Below are positions 1 to 8,585 of a stretch of 51,598 nt of DNA, one piece after another. Within the stretch, counting starts at the first letter, position 1, and each line of letters starts with the position of its first letter. Origin of the DNA: a virus; IMG/VR virus record IMGVR_UViG_3300018466_000001, positions 1-51,598 of that record; one strand, written 5' to 3'. Under the pieces are notes generated by a model. That model did no database searches and was not told the origin of the DNA. It worked only from the letters and a program-made list of their open reading frames with translations. Both the position numbers and the translations under genes were made by a program.

Positions 1-123
1 CCCTAATCCTGTACGCTTGCATCTTCTCGCCGGCCAAGGGGTCCCCAATCCACTCCAACACCATAGCGTTCAAAGCGATGTCGCACTTGGCGCAGATGCC
101 CCGGTAGACGTTGCCGTCCGCGC
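1..123. repeat. Terminal direct repeat copy 1 (identical to 51476-51598); circular assembly overlap or terminal redundancy
   Basis: Bases 1-123 recur exactly at 51476-51598. A minus-strand ORF reads in frame across the join. Confidence 0.95.
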
Positions 124-223
124 TTATCTGCCACTGGAAGCGCGACGGTGCTCCGCAGCGGGCGCACGGTACCCTTCGTATGCCGGACGCGGTGTAGGGC
201 CGCCTGCGTACCTTACTCGTCAT
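1..223 (-). CDS. Small zinc-ribbon protein (78 aa after circularisation); its 3' end lies at 51462-51475
   Basis: ATG at 223. MTSKVRRRPYTASGIRRVPCARCG...CAKCD...AYRIR continues through the repeat to VDNG-stop at 51462-51464. Has CxxC...CxxC. Confidence 0.55.
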   Translation of the reverse strand, partial: MTSKVRRRPYTASGIRRVPCARCGAPSRFQWQISADGNVYRGICAKCDIALNAMVLEWIGDPLAGEKMQAYRIR

Positions 224-419
224 GCACGATGTTGCGCGTAGCCTCAATCAGCATCTCTTGAACCATGCCGTCCAGCGTGGGCCTGTCCAGCACCGCCAGC
301 GCGAACGGGCTATAGCCTGCTTCGTCCACTTGAACGACCATTAGCTTGTGCCTTTCGCACAGTTCGCGGTAGTCTGTCAGGAAGTGCGCCTTGGCTTTCT
401 CCTCTGCCTTAGACGCCAT
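213..419 (-). CDS. Hypothetical protein (68 aa)
   Basis: Internal ATG at 419 (MASKAEEKAKAHF...) lies 3 nt after the portal stop. The upstream part of ORF 213-500 overlaps the portal gene. Confidence 0.5.
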   Translation of the reverse strand: MASKAEEKAKAHFLTDYRELCERHKLMVVQVDEAGYSPFALAVLDRPTLDGMVQEMLIEATRNIVHDE

Positions 420-421
420 CC

Positions 422-2137
422 CTACTGCTCCACAAAGGGTGCACCGTCGCTGCGTGCGAAGGCTTCCGCGTCTCCCTTTGGGATGCCTGCCGCGATCCAC
501 GCCGCCGTCCTATCCGCCTGCTGGTCAATGAGCGCCTGAACGGATGCCGCCTTCTCGCCCGGCGTGCGCTCTGCCGCGATTCGGTCACGCTCGCCCTGCA
601 CGTCCTGAATGCCCACGCGCGCGGTGCCTTCGCTCTTGGAAATCAACTCCGCCGCCGAGAGAGCAATGGCCGAAGCCTGCGCTTCGCTGGACACGGGACC
701 TGCGTTGGGGTGGGACTTGGCAACAACGGTCCAATCGTTGAGGAACGCCGGTGCGGAGCCGCCGGAGCGCCACTCCGCCGCAGCCATAACCCACGCGATC
801 AGCTTGGCAAGCGCGGTATCGATGGCCTCTCCCACGGATTCTATATCCGATAGGAACATCGCCCGCGCCTGTTCGTACGCCACGCCCGACGCCTCCGCCG
901 TGCTGCCCGAGAGTCCGTTCATGCGGTGTCCCTGGTGGCACGCGTCACGTAGAGCGAGGCGCTCGCAGTCCAGCGCCTCGATCAGGGTGGAAGGCGGCGA
1001 CGGTTCGTGGTAGTGCACGAACGGCGTCGTGATGCCCACCTTCTCGCCTGTTTCGTCGGTAGACGCGGTGTACTCGAACCCTCGGATCTTGCGGATGACG
1101 TAGTTGCCCAGCGTGGGAACAACGGGCTTGAAATACTCCGTCTCGCCGTTGCTGTTAACTCGGGTGCGGGGCGCTTCTATGCCGGCCGGAGCCGTCTTCT
1201 GCCACACCCCGTCGTCTTCCGTGTTTCCCTCAGTACGAGCTGCCAGGCCGTGCGCACCGCACAGGTTCATCAGCAGCGTGTTGATCGTGTCCACTGCGCC
1301 CTGTAGCCGCAGCACAGGCTCAGTCAGCAGCGTCCCGATCTTGACGTGCACGATGGGCAGCAGTCCGCCCGTGGGGATGATGGTCGGCTTTTCCTCCGCC
1401 TGCCCTGCGACGAGCATGCGCCAGACCGTCACCTCTTCGCCGCTCTTGCGCTCCTCTGAGTACCAGACTTCCGCGCACTCCCTGTCCTGCGTGTCGGTGA
1501 AGCGGAACCATCCCACCTCGCGGAGCGTGTCGGGGTCCGTGTAGATGCCGCATCGGTCCGGCGGAAGGGCTACTACCTTTATCCTGCGGAGCGCCGTGCG
1601 CCTGTTGGCCGCAAGGTTCGAGTTCGACCAGAACGCGCGCAGGCACGCGCGGCCCTGCAGCCACGAAGAGGCCATGGCGACTGCGCCGCGCACGCCCGTT
1701 GGGTCGCTCACGTCCATCCCGCCCCACAGGTCGTTATCGTCCCACCAGCGGGATGCGTCTCGCTTCAGTTGCTTGGCGGCGGCGATCTGTGTAGCGGACG
1801 GCGTGTCGTCCGGCCCTTCCGGCTCGGCGGGTTGGAAGTCCAGATCCGCTTCGTTCCCGCACGCACCGTTGACGCGCTCCTTGACGCACCCCAGCGCTTC
1901 GGGGATGGGCGCCAGCATGTTGCGGATGCGAGTCTGGTTATCCGCCGAGATGGAGCCGTCCGCCTCGCGCCCCGGCCCCTGCCAAGGCCGCCCCTCCTGC
2001 ACGTGATCCCCGGCGAGGTACGCGGGACCCTCTCCCACGCCGAGAACGGCCGCACGCCGGGTGGTCAGCCCGGCGGCGGCCTTGACGTGGTCCAGTGTCC
2101 ACTCTGCGGGGTCCTGCGGGATCGTGTCGAGGCTCAC
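422..2137 (-). CDS. Portal protein (by size and position)
   Basis: 571-aa ORF in the terminase-to-head module. Its GTG start overlaps the preceding stop (GTGA). Confidence 0.6.
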   Translation of the reverse strand: MSLDTIPQDPAEWTLDHVKAAAGLTTRRAAVLGVGEGPAYLAGDHVQEGRPWQGPGREADGSISADNQTRIRNMLAPIPEALGCVKERVNGACGNEADLDFQPAEPEGPDDTPSATQIAAAKQLKRDASRWWDDNDLWGGMDVSDPTGVRGAVAMASSWLQGRACLRAFWSNSNLAANRRTALRRIKVVALPPDRCGIYTDPDTLREVGWFRFTDTQDRECAEVWYSEERKSGEEVTVWRMLVAGQAEEKPTIIPTGGLLPIVHVKIGTLLTEPVLRLQGAVDTINTLLMNLCGAHGLAARTEGNTEDDGVWQKTAPAGIEAPRTRVNSNGETEYFKPVVPTLGNYVIRKIRGFEYTASTDETGEKVGITTPFVHYHEPSPPSTLIEALDCERLALRDACHQGHRMNGLSGSTAEASGVAYEQARAMFLSDIESVGEAIDTALAKLIAWVMAAAEWRSGGSAPAFLNDWTVVAKSHPNAGPVSSEAQASAIALSAAELISKSEGTARVGIQDVQGERDRIAAERTPGEKAASVQALIDQQADRTAAWIAAGIPKGDAEAFARSDGAPFVEQ

Positions 2138-2316
2138 TGCGCGGGGCCTTTGCCGAAGAGCGAATCGAAGAAGGCCACCAACAGCCTGTGCGTCTCTTGG
2201 GGGGTCGCCCCCGCCTCCACGGCGCCGCGATATACGGCCAGCGCCATTCCCGTGCTGGCGGATAGCGCCGCTAGCGCTTGGTCCATCTGGTGAGTCGAAA
2301 GCGGATCGGTTTTCAT
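2134..2316 (-). CDS. Small protein (60 aa), translationally coupled to peptide A2 and to the portal gene
   Basis: ATG at 2316 shares one base with the A2 stop (TGATG). Its own stop overlaps the portal GTG. Sequence begins MKTDPLSTHQMDQALAAL... Confidence 0.5.
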   Translation of the reverse strand: MKTDPLSTHQMDQALAALSASTGMALAVYRGAVEAGATPQETHRLLVAFFDSLFGKGPAQ

Positions 2317-2636
2317 CAGCAGGCGCCGCCGCACGACAGGTAGCACGCGTTGGTCATGCACTGAGTGGCGGCACAGGTATCCCAGTAGTAGGAGTTGTTG
2401 TAGCATGGGTTGTTGTTCGCCCAGCAGGTCCAGTTGCACGTGGCTTCCCCCGTGGGCGCGTTGGGGTCGTTAGGTTCCTGCGGGAAGCAGAGGCCGCGCG
2501 GGTCGCAGGACATGTTGACCGATCCGCACTGCGGGTCGTCAGTGTGCCCGCGTACCGTGCCGACCGTGGACGGCGGCCGGGCGGTGGCGAACGACTCCAC
2601 CTCGATTGCGTCAAGGTCCAGCTTCAGCTTGCGCAT
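2316..2636 (-). CDS. Cys-rich peptide A2 (106 aa, 11 Cys) with leader-like N-terminus MRKLKLDLDAIEVESF; RiPP-precursor-like
   Basis: Internal ATG at 2636 of ORF 2316-2921, preceded by AAAGGG. Paralogous to 2684-3001 in both the leader and the Cys pattern. Confidence 0.6.
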   Translation of the reverse strand: MRKLKLDLDAIEVESFATARPPSTVGTVRGHTDDPQCGSVNMSCDPRGLCFPQEPNDPNAPTGEATCNWTCWANNNPCYNNSYYWDTCAATQCMTNACYLSCGGAC

Positions 2637-2683
2637 CTGTACACCCTTTCGAATTATACGCCACCAACACCATGGGAACAAGG

Positions 2684-3001
2684 CTAGCAATCGTACGCGC
2701 ACGTCCCGTAGTAGCACGTGAACGAGCACGTGTCCATCCCGTTGGCGCAGGTCGCGTGTCCGGCGCAGGTCTCGCACGTCATGTTGCATGTGGCCGCGCA
2801 GGTCTCCCCACCCTCGGTCCAGCAGGTGCCGCCGCTCGGATCTTCCGTTCCGGTCTCGGGAAGGCATAGACCTCCGCCCGTTCCCGGCTGGCACGTGCTG
2901 TTCAGCAGGGTATGCCGGCATTGGCCCGCGTGTACGCCGCCGTCTCCGGTCGAGAACGAGTCCACCGCCAGATCGTCCAGTGCCAGCGTCAACTTACGCA
3001 T
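2684..3001 (-). CDS. Cys-rich peptide A1 (105 aa, 13 Cys) with leader-like N-terminus MRKLTLALDDLAVDSF; RiPP-precursor-like
   Basis: ATG at 3001 with GAGG 8 nt upstream. The C-terminal half is dominated by TC/SC dipeptides (CAATCNMTCETCAGHATC...). Confidence 0.6.
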   Translation of the reverse strand: MRKLTLALDDLAVDSFSTGDGGVHAGQCRHTLLNSTCQPGTGGGLCLPETGTEDPSGGTCWTEGGETCAATCNMTCETCAGHATCANGMDTCSFTCYYGTCAYDC

Positions 3002-3087
3002 CGTCGCCTCGCGTTTGTCGAAGGTTGCCCCGAAAGGAACGACGGAAGATACGATTGGCGCGATTTAGTCACAAGTACGCCGTGTGT

Positions 3088-3285
3088 TTATACCTCTTCT
3101 TCTGCCACCCGCCTCGCGTCAAAGGAGTAGAGCAGGGAGCCATCTTCCTGTGGAACCGGCGGAATGGTCGCTTGTCCCCTCCACACGTGCCCGTGCGCTG
3201 TCACCTCGAACCACGGCATGTCGGATTCCGGCATCTGGTGTTCGGGGACGGCGATGTCCACGTGTATGTACTGCGTCTCGCTCAT
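3088..3285 (-). CDS. Hypothetical protein (65 aa)
   Basis: ATG at 3285 overlaps the terminase stop (ATGA). Sequence begins MSETQYIHVDIAVPEHQ... Confidence 0.5.
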   Translation of the reverse strand: MSETQYIHVDIAVPEHQMPESDMPWFEVTAHGHVWRGQATIPPVPQEDGSLLYSFDARRVAEEEV

Positions 3286-4808
3286 TTGTAGGACACGTTT
3301 CCAGAGGTGGGAAGAGAACGGCGCGGCTTCGGTTCGTGGGTCAGCAGCAACTCGGTAATCAGCCACACCAGGGCGTCCAGACGGTTGGGCGACGGGTCTC
3401 CGGGCTCCCATGTGCAGAGTTCCTTCTCCAGCGCCACGAAGGTGCCCACGTGGTGCACGCGTCCGTCTTCGTAGAGCTTCTGGACGGGCTCGGCTCGGGT
3501 GCGCTTGCCCCGGCTGGCGTGGATCAGCTTCACCTTGGGCGCGTCAGGCACGGTGCCGATGGTGATCGCCACCATTTCGCCGCCGTTGTTGCTCTCGGCT
3601 ACCATGCGGTCCGCGTCCCAGCGCTTGAACGCCGCTACGGCTTCCTTGGCCCATGTCGCCGGCCCTCCTGCCGTGCTCGCGTCCTCAAGCACAAAGGCGT
3701 GCAGAATGCCCTTGATTCGCGCTACACCGCCCACGGCAATGCCGGCCTCGTCTCCACCCTCGGTAGCGTTCGGATCGATCCCCACGACGATGCGGAACAG
3801 GTCTGGCACGTTGACGGGCTTCTCGCGGAACGGATCAAGATCGCGCTCCCGGTTCCACAGTCCATCCTCTGACTCGTCTGTCTCGTGCTGCGCTTCGCGA
3901 AGGAACGCGGCCCTTCCCCACGTGTTCATTTGCGCTTCGCACGTTTCTATGCTCTGACCCGCCCACGTAGGCACGGCGTCGGTTATCTTGTACTGAGTGG
4001 GGACCGTGCCTGGAATGGCGTGATACCAATCTTTCGACAGGGGCGTTAGCGCGGGCTCGCAGAACACCTCTCTGCGCAACAGGAAATCCGCCGTGTTGTT
4101 GAGCAGCTTCGCGGCGATGCTGCCAGAGTGAATGACGTTCTGTACGAAAAGAACCGCTGCGTCGGTAGACTCTGCCGGGAGCACGCTCTGGGTTATGGTG
4201 GATATCTTCTTGTTGACCGTATCCTCCGTATCGTCCCTGTCGTCTACGTCGTCAAACACGAAAAGGTCTGGGCGATCACCCTCGATTTTTAGGCCGCGAG
4301 CCGCAGAGTCAAGCCCAAGAGCCAGCACGTTGAATCCGTTGTCGCACCGCAGCATGTCCACTCGCCAACCGAGGCTGCTTCCGTAGGGCCCGATCGCTCG
4401 CCCAATGCCCAGGTTCGTAAAGTGCGGAGCGATGTCCTGTAGGTGCTTGTTCGCCTGTGCCTGCGTTTTGGATATGTACAAGCAAAATTTGCGGGCCTGC
4501 CGCGCTCCCGTTCTCGTTGTCGCCAACTCAACAGTGGAGCTTTTGCCGCCTCCGCGAGGCCAGAGTTCCACCCGAGCATTTACGGGCCGCACACCACGAT
4601 TGAGCATCTCGAACCATTCCCACAAACGGACGTGCCTGTCCGCGAATGGGGATGATGTGGCGTGGGGGAAGTGCTTGGCAACCCACGTCCGCCAGTCTCC
4701 GGACGCACGCGGGCCGATCCGCTTGCCTTGCCCGGCGAAGTGGAACGGCCCTGTGCTTACCTGCGCCCAGTGCTTTAGGTTGGGCGGCGTGGTGTCCGGC
4801 CTGCTCAC
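3282..4808 (-). CDS. terL: Terminase large subunit
   Basis: 508 aa. Walker A-like LWPRGGGKSS and Walker B-like DLFVFDDVDD. The C-terminal half looks nuclease-like (VVGIDPN...). Sits upstream of the portal gene. Confidence 0.85.
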   Translation of the reverse strand: MSRPDTTPPNLKHWAQVSTGPFHFAGQGKRIGPRASGDWRTWVAKHFPHATSSPFADRHVRLWEWFEMLNRGVRPVNARVELWPRGGGKSSTVELATTRTGARQARKFCLYISKTQAQANKHLQDIAPHFTNLGIGRAIGPYGSSLGWRVDMLRCDNGFNVLALGLDSAARGLKIEGDRPDLFVFDDVDDRDDTEDTVNKKISTITQSVLPAESTDAAVLFVQNVIHSGSIAAKLLNNTADFLLRREVFCEPALTPLSKDWYHAIPGTVPTQYKITDAVPTWAGQSIETCEAQMNTWGRAAFLREAQHETDESEDGLWNRERDLDPFREKPVNVPDLFRIVVGIDPNATEGGDEAGIAVGGVARIKGILHAFVLEDASTAGGPATWAKEAVAAFKRWDADRMVAESNNGGEMVAITIGTVPDAPKVKLIHASRGKRTRAEPVQKLYEDGRVHHVGTFVALEKELCTWEPGDPSPNRLDALVWLITELLLTHEPKPRRSLPTSGNVSYK

Positions 4809-4832
4809 GATATCAGCTTACGCATGGGTTAG

Positions 4833-5057
4833 TTAGTGCAGATTGAGCACGGCTGCATATGCGGACACCTTCACGCGGAAGCCTTTTAGGGTTGAGCAAA
4901 GGAAATCATCCGCGCCGGGCACGGCAACCCACCGTCCGTCGCTTTCTTCGCCTTCGTAGCGGAAAAGACCAGGAACACCGCGTTCGCATCGGTATGAGTT
5001 GAGCGGTGCATCCCAGTAGAGAAAACGTTCTGTTTGAAACGTACCTGTAGCGGTCAC
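4833..5057 (-). CDS. Hypothetical protein (74 aa)
   Basis: ATG at 5057 overlaps the upstream stop (ATGA). Confidence 0.5.
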   Translation of the reverse strand: MTATGTFQTERFLYWDAPLNSYRCERGVPGLFRYEGEESDGRWVAVPGADDFLCSTLKGFRVKVSAYAAVLNLH

Positions 5058-5608
5058 GTCCCACCCCTCTTCTTCTTGCGGAGTTGCTGTTCTTTGGTCA
5101 CGGGAGCGCGGGGAGCAAGCCCAACTCCACCCATAGATTGCGGTAACTGCGCCACGCAGCCTCCGACGCCCGCCGCTGGCGCATCCTCGCGCTCTTGCGC
5201 ATCCGCCGGGTCAGGATTCGAGGGGCGGCGATTATGAGTACGTCCGGAGCCAGCAAACCCGTTTCCCGCATCCGCACTCGCATCCTCGCGTGTCTCTTGC
5301 TCATCGGCTACCGAGTGTGCGGAGGCGGCGAAATCGTGACCTTCCCATCGGGGTCCACGGCGATGTTCAGGCTGCACGTCAGGCTCAGGTCTGCGCACTG
5401 GCGCATGAACATGCTCAGGCCCGTGCGATTGAGCGCCACCGTCTCTCCGGACCTCACCTTCGCGATGATCTCTTGCGCCGTTGCCACTGTACGCCTCCAC
5501 GGCTCTTCGGATGTACTCTGAGCGACTTACGCGGTCTGCGTAGGCCCTGTCGTCCCAGCGCTGCCACATATCCTCTGGCACAACGATGGTGCGGCGGTTG
5601 TCAGCCAT
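5054..5608 (-). CDS. Ribbon-helix-helix (CopG/Arc-like) domain protein with a long charged tail; small-terminase or regulator candidate
   Basis: Internal ATG at 5608. MADNRRTIVVPEDMWQRWDDRAYADRVSRSEYIRRAVEAY fits the RHH pattern. Confidence 0.5.
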   Translation of the reverse strand: MADNRRTIVVPEDMWQRWDDRAYADRVSRSEYIRRAVEAYSGNGARDHREGEVRRDGGAQSHGPEHVHAPVRRPEPDVQPEHRRGPRWEGHDFAASAHSVADEQETREDASADAGNGFAGSGRTHNRRPSNPDPADAQEREDAPAAGVGGCVAQLPQSMGGVGLAPRAPVTKEQQLRKKKRGGT

Positions 5609-5948
5609 TCCACCACTCCATCGCCTGCCCCTGTGGACCGAACGGCGGCTCTGTATCAGCGGGTGCCCAATGCGTGACGTAGTCGCTCTGAAGCTCGGCG
5701 GGCTTCCCGTTGTGGAGGTGCGTCCAGCGCCCATCGTAATCGCGCCAGCAGTCCCGTACGGCGAACGAGTCACCATAGATGTCGAGCCAGAGGATTACGC
5801 GGTCAGTGCTGGCGCCCTTGTAGCGGTTGGCGCTTCGCCACGGCTTGTTCGCTCTCATGTCCCTATCTGTCCCTGATGGGGTAGGTGATTGCGTTTGCGT
5901 TACTGATGCAGTATACACCATTGACCCACCGTGCGCAAGGTGCTGCAT
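5601..5948 (-). CDS. Hypothetical protein (start uncertain)
   Basis: 115-aa ORF. Its 3' end overlaps the next start by 8 nt (AATGGCTGA). Confidence 0.45.
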   Translation of the reverse strand: MQHLAHGGSMVYTASVTQTQSPTPSGTDRDMRANKPWRSANRYKGASTDRVILWLDIYGDSFAVRDCWRDYDGRWTHLHNGKPAELQSDYVTHWAPADTEPPFGPQGQAMEWWNG

Positions 5949-5995
5949 TTTTGCTGCGTGTGGTGCGACTACCGCTTGTGCGTCATCCTGTAAAA

Positions 5996-6124
5996 TCAGT
6001 CCTCCAGTCGATCAACGGTGTCTTCCATGGTATAAACGACGTTGGCGGCCACGGGCAGAATCACCCCGAATAGTAGCGCTGTCGCGAGCAGCCCCAGCAC
6101 ACCGCCGATGAGCGCGGCAACCAC
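5996..6124 (-). CDS. Possible 42-aa single-pass membrane peptide
   Basis: Hand translation from GTG 6124: VVAALIGGVLGLLATALLFGVILPVAANVVYTMEDTVDRLED. Below the ORF-track length cutoff. Confidence 0.3.
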   Translation of the reverse strand: MVAALIGGVLGLLATALLFGVILPVAANVVYTMEDTVDRLED

Positions 6125-6136
6125 TTCTCTCGTTGC

Positions 6137-6361
6137 TCACCCCTCACCGCCGAGGTACCCGGTGGATGTGCCAAACGCGCTCGGTAGCCGGTCCCACTTG
6201 TCATCTACAACCGCGCGTAGGGCCTCCGCCGGCAGCGTGCTCAGGAACCGAGATGCGGTCTGGTTGCGCACCAGCGTTTGCGGCGTGATTGCCGGCGCAT
6301 GCGCCATGAAGTGTCCTGTCACCATGCCCGCAACCCAATCTGCACCGTTGTAATCGCTCAT
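6137..6361 (-). CDS. Hypothetical protein (74 aa)
   Basis: ATG at 6361 overlaps the upstream stop (ATGA). Sequence begins MSDYNGADWVAGMV... Confidence 0.5.
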   Translation of the reverse strand: MSDYNGADWVAGMVTGHFMAHAPAITPQTLVRNQTASRFLSTLPAEALRAVVDDKWDRLPSAFGTSTGYLGGEG

Positions 6362-6738
6362 GATTCGCCTCCCGCGCTGAGTGCTTCCAGCAGCCGCACG
6401 GCCTTGTCCGTCATGATCCCGTGCAGGACTGCGATCTGCTGGGCGTCTTGCTCGCGAATCCACGTTTCGTCAGCGAACACTCTGGCGTGAGCGTCGAGCG
6501 CGCGCAGGTTGCTCTCCAGGTATTTGGTGAGCAGTTCGCCTATCTTGTCTGCCGCTGCTCGCTTTTGGGTCGCGGGGTCCACCTTCCCAGCGCGCGCGAA
6601 TGCTCGCTTTTTCCATGCAGACGCCGTTCCCTTGGGGATGCTGTACGCTTTGGCTACTTGAGTGACACTCTGGCCGGCCAGCAGCGCCGCAGTCGCCGCA
6701 GCGCGTTCCGCCGGGTCATACTGTCTCTGTTCCTTCAT
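6358..6738 (-). CDS. HTH protein, terminase small subunit candidate
   Basis: ATG at 6738 (ATGA coupling). The N-terminal LLAGQSVTQVAKAYSIPKGTASAWKKR resembles a transposase/TerS-type HTH. Lies upstream of terL. Confidence 0.4.
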   Translation of the reverse strand: MKEQRQYDPAERAAATAALLAGQSVTQVAKAYSIPKGTASAWKKRAFARAGKVDPATQKRAAADKIGELLTKYLESNLRALDAHARVFADETWIREQDAQQIAVLHGIMTDKAVRLLEALSAGGES

Positions 6739-6941
6739 TGGCTTGTCTGTGCTCGCTTCCAAATGCAACGCTGAACATCGTGTTCATCTCCGTAGGAAAT
6801 GTCGCAGAAGAAACAGTACAGCTCGTCGGCTGCAACACTGTATCGCCACGGCTCATGCTCTCTGAGCCACTCCAGCACGTCCGTCGCGAGATCGGCTTTT
6901 TCTCGGCTGGATTCAAAGGTTGCGCAATCCTCGGTTGTCAT
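6735..6941 (-). CDS. Hypothetical Cys-containing protein (68 aa)
   Basis: Internal ATG at 6941 directly after the upstream stop. Sequence begins MTTEDCATFESSREKADL... Confidence 0.45.
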   Translation of the reverse strand: MTTEDCATFESSREKADLATDVLEWLREHEPWRYSVAADELYCFFCDISYGDEHDVQRCIWKRAQTSQ

Positions 6942-6942
6942 C

Positions 6943-7239
6943 TCAGCACCCGATGTTCGGTAGGCCTGCCCGCAGGCTATCACTATCGCCCCGTGCGGCG
7001 CAGAAGAGAAGCTTGGCCCTCTCCACGTCCGCGAGGCGCGTCTTGAGCGTGGATATCTCCTGCTCTGCCGCGACGATGCGGAACGAGTTGCTACGCACGT
7101 CCTGACGTACCTGTAGGAAGAAGATGATGAGCCCCACCAGAGGACCCATGGCGGCGACGAACATCAGGAAACTCCGGATGGAGAACGTGACGGTGTACGG
7201 TCCGCCCTCCTGCGGCTCCAGCGTCACCGCCTGAACCAT
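6943..7239 (-). CDS. Membrane protein with one TM segment plus a coiled coil; holin or spanin candidate
   Basis: Hydrophobic FLMFVAAMGPLVGLIIFFLQV followed by a heptad-like segment. Immediately downstream of the endolysin gene. Confidence 0.45.
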   Translation of the reverse strand: MVQAVTLEPQEGGPYTVTFSIRSFLMFVAAMGPLVGLIIFFLQVRQDVRSNSFRIVAAEQEISTLKTRLADVERAKLLFCAARGDSDSLRAGLPNIGC

Positions 7240-7294
7240 CGCGTCACCGCGTCCAGAGCGTTTGTGGCTTGGTCCAGCGCGAGGGCGGGTTCGT

Positions 7295-7867
7295 TCATGG
7301 GTGAACCTTTTTGATGGCTTTCAGGTGGTCGCTTACGCGCATCAGGAAGAAGAGCCACGGGAAGTTCGGGCCGGGGTCCGTGTGGTCGCTCTTCTTGTAC
7401 ACCGCCGAGACTTGGGAGTGTCCAACGATGCCCTTGAGGCCGGCCTTCAACTGCACGTCGTCAAGCCGGCGGGCGGGGATGTCGTACTTCCGGCAGTACT
7501 GGGCGCACGCCTTGGCCGCGAGGTTGAGCATACGCATGCTGTACTCATCTGCCCACTGGGCCGCTGTCTGGCGAGCGTAGCCAGTCAGTTCGATCTGGAT
7601 TCCGTCGCTGTTGCAGCCCGGCGCCGCCCACGCAACGTCGCTGTCCTTGACGCACTGGATGATCTCCCGGTGGTCTATACAGACGTGGGCACTTGCCTTC
7701 GTGTTCGTGGTGGAGAAGTAGCGGGCCACGTCACGGGCGGCGGTCATCTTCTCGGGGAACTCCATCGTGTGCACGACGAGAACGCGCACGCGGCGCTTTG
7801 GCTCCCTTTTGAGCGAAGTGAAGTGCTTCGCGGGGACGAAGGGCCAGTTGTCGGTATCGTAAGGCAT
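7295..7867 (-). CDS. N-acetylmuramoyl-L-alanine amidase endolysin (Amidase_2/PGRP type)
   Basis: ATG at 7867 with AAGGGAGA upstream. Contains VVHTMEFPE...ASAHVCID...GCNSDGIQIELTG...GHSQV...HTDPG, typical of T7-lysozyme-like amidases. Confidence 0.8.
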   Translation of the reverse strand: MPYDTDNWPFVPAKHFTSLKREPKRRVRVLVVHTMEFPEKMTAARDVARYFSTTNTKASAHVCIDHREIIQCVKDSDVAWAAPGCNSDGIQIELTGYARQTAAQWADEYSMRMLNLAAKACAQYCRKYDIPARRLDDVQLKAGLKGIVGHSQVSAVYKKSDHTDPGPNFPWLFFLMRVSDHLKAIKKVHP

Positions 7868-8100
7868 CAGGATGAATTTCTCCCTTGGTAGGGCCGCAGG
7901 TTGGGCGCTTCTCTCCACCCGTAACGGGTGCCGCTGGTCTTTGGGTAAGGGACGTGGGCCGCGCGGAGTGCGCCAACAACGGTTTGTCGCGGCACTCCGG
8001 TTATCTGACAGGTCGAGTCTACATCCCACCCCAAACAACGGAGCGCTACAGCAGCCTTCGTGCGCAAGGACCATGTTCCAAACCGTGCCCCGCCACTCAC
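7867..8100 (-). CDS. Small HTH protein
   Basis: GTG start in a GTGA overlap. CQITGVPRQTVVGAL looks like a resolvase/sigma-type HTH. Confidence 0.45.
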   Translation of the reverse strand: MSGGARFGTWSLRTKAAVALRCLGWDVDSTCQITGVPRQTVVGALRAAHVPYPKTSGTRYGWREAPNLRPYQGRNSS

Positions 8101-8339
8101 GAAGCGCTCTCAGGTGCTAGGTGGCAGTGGTGTTCGTGCGTGCCGATGGCGTGGCACTCCGGACAGGCGTGTACATTGAATCCCTGCACCTCGCGAGGGT
8201 TGACGAGGGTGAGCAGGAACGAGCCGAGCCGGAACGCCTCGCCTGCCGATAGGTCGGACGGCAGGACCAACTGCGCCTCAAAGTCTCTGAGCGGCACGGT
8301 GTAGACCAGTCCTCGACGCGTTGCGGTTTCGTTCGTCAC
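8097..8339 (-). CDS. Hypothetical protein (80 aa) with a CxxC/His cluster
   Basis: GTG start in a GTGA overlap. Ends ...HACPECHAIGTHEHHCH... Confidence 0.45.
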   Translation of the reverse strand: MTNETATRRGLVYTVPLRDFEAQLVLPSDLSAGEAFRLGSFLLTLVNPREVQGFNVHACPECHAIGTHEHHCHLAPESAS

Positions 8340-8545
8340 GTACGCTGCTCTTCAAGGTTGACGGCTGACTGCAACATCTCCCAGCCGTGTCTCCGCAAGG
8401 CTTCCGCGATCTTCTGCCGGTGCTCCGGGTTGGCCGGTCTGTTCCCTGCCGAAAGCTGCTTGAGCACGGACACGGATACGCCGCTCTCCCTGGAGAGAAC
8501 GCGCAGGTCCATCCGTACCGAGGCGAGCAGGTCATCGATCATCAT
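8336..8545 (-). CDS. HTH (XRE-like) transcriptional regulator
   Basis: MMIDDLLASVRMDLRVLSRESGVSVSVLKQLSAGNRPANPEH. First gene of the minus-strand late block, divergent from a plus-strand promoter. Confidence 0.6.
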   Translation of the reverse strand: MMIDDLLASVRMDLRVLSRESGVSVSVLKQLSAGNRPANPEHRQKIAEALRRHGWEMLQSAVNLEEQRT

Positions 8546-8551
8546 GCTACC

Positions 8552-8580
8552 AATCTATCCGTATCCGTCTGGTTGCACAA
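8552..8580 (-). promoter_or_regulatory. Promoter TTGTGC-17-TAGATT lying 6 nt from the ATG (leaderless-type) for 8336-8545
   Basis: Read on the minus strand: -35 at 8580-8575 and -10 at 8557-8552. Confidence 0.45.
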
Positions 8581-8585
8581 GGGTG

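Noticed and set aside
2637-2921. The 95-aa N-terminal extension of ORF 2316-2921
   Set aside because: It overlaps peptide A1 in another frame and looks non-coding (Arg/His/Asp runs). The internal ATG at 2636 gives a protein collinear with its paralog.
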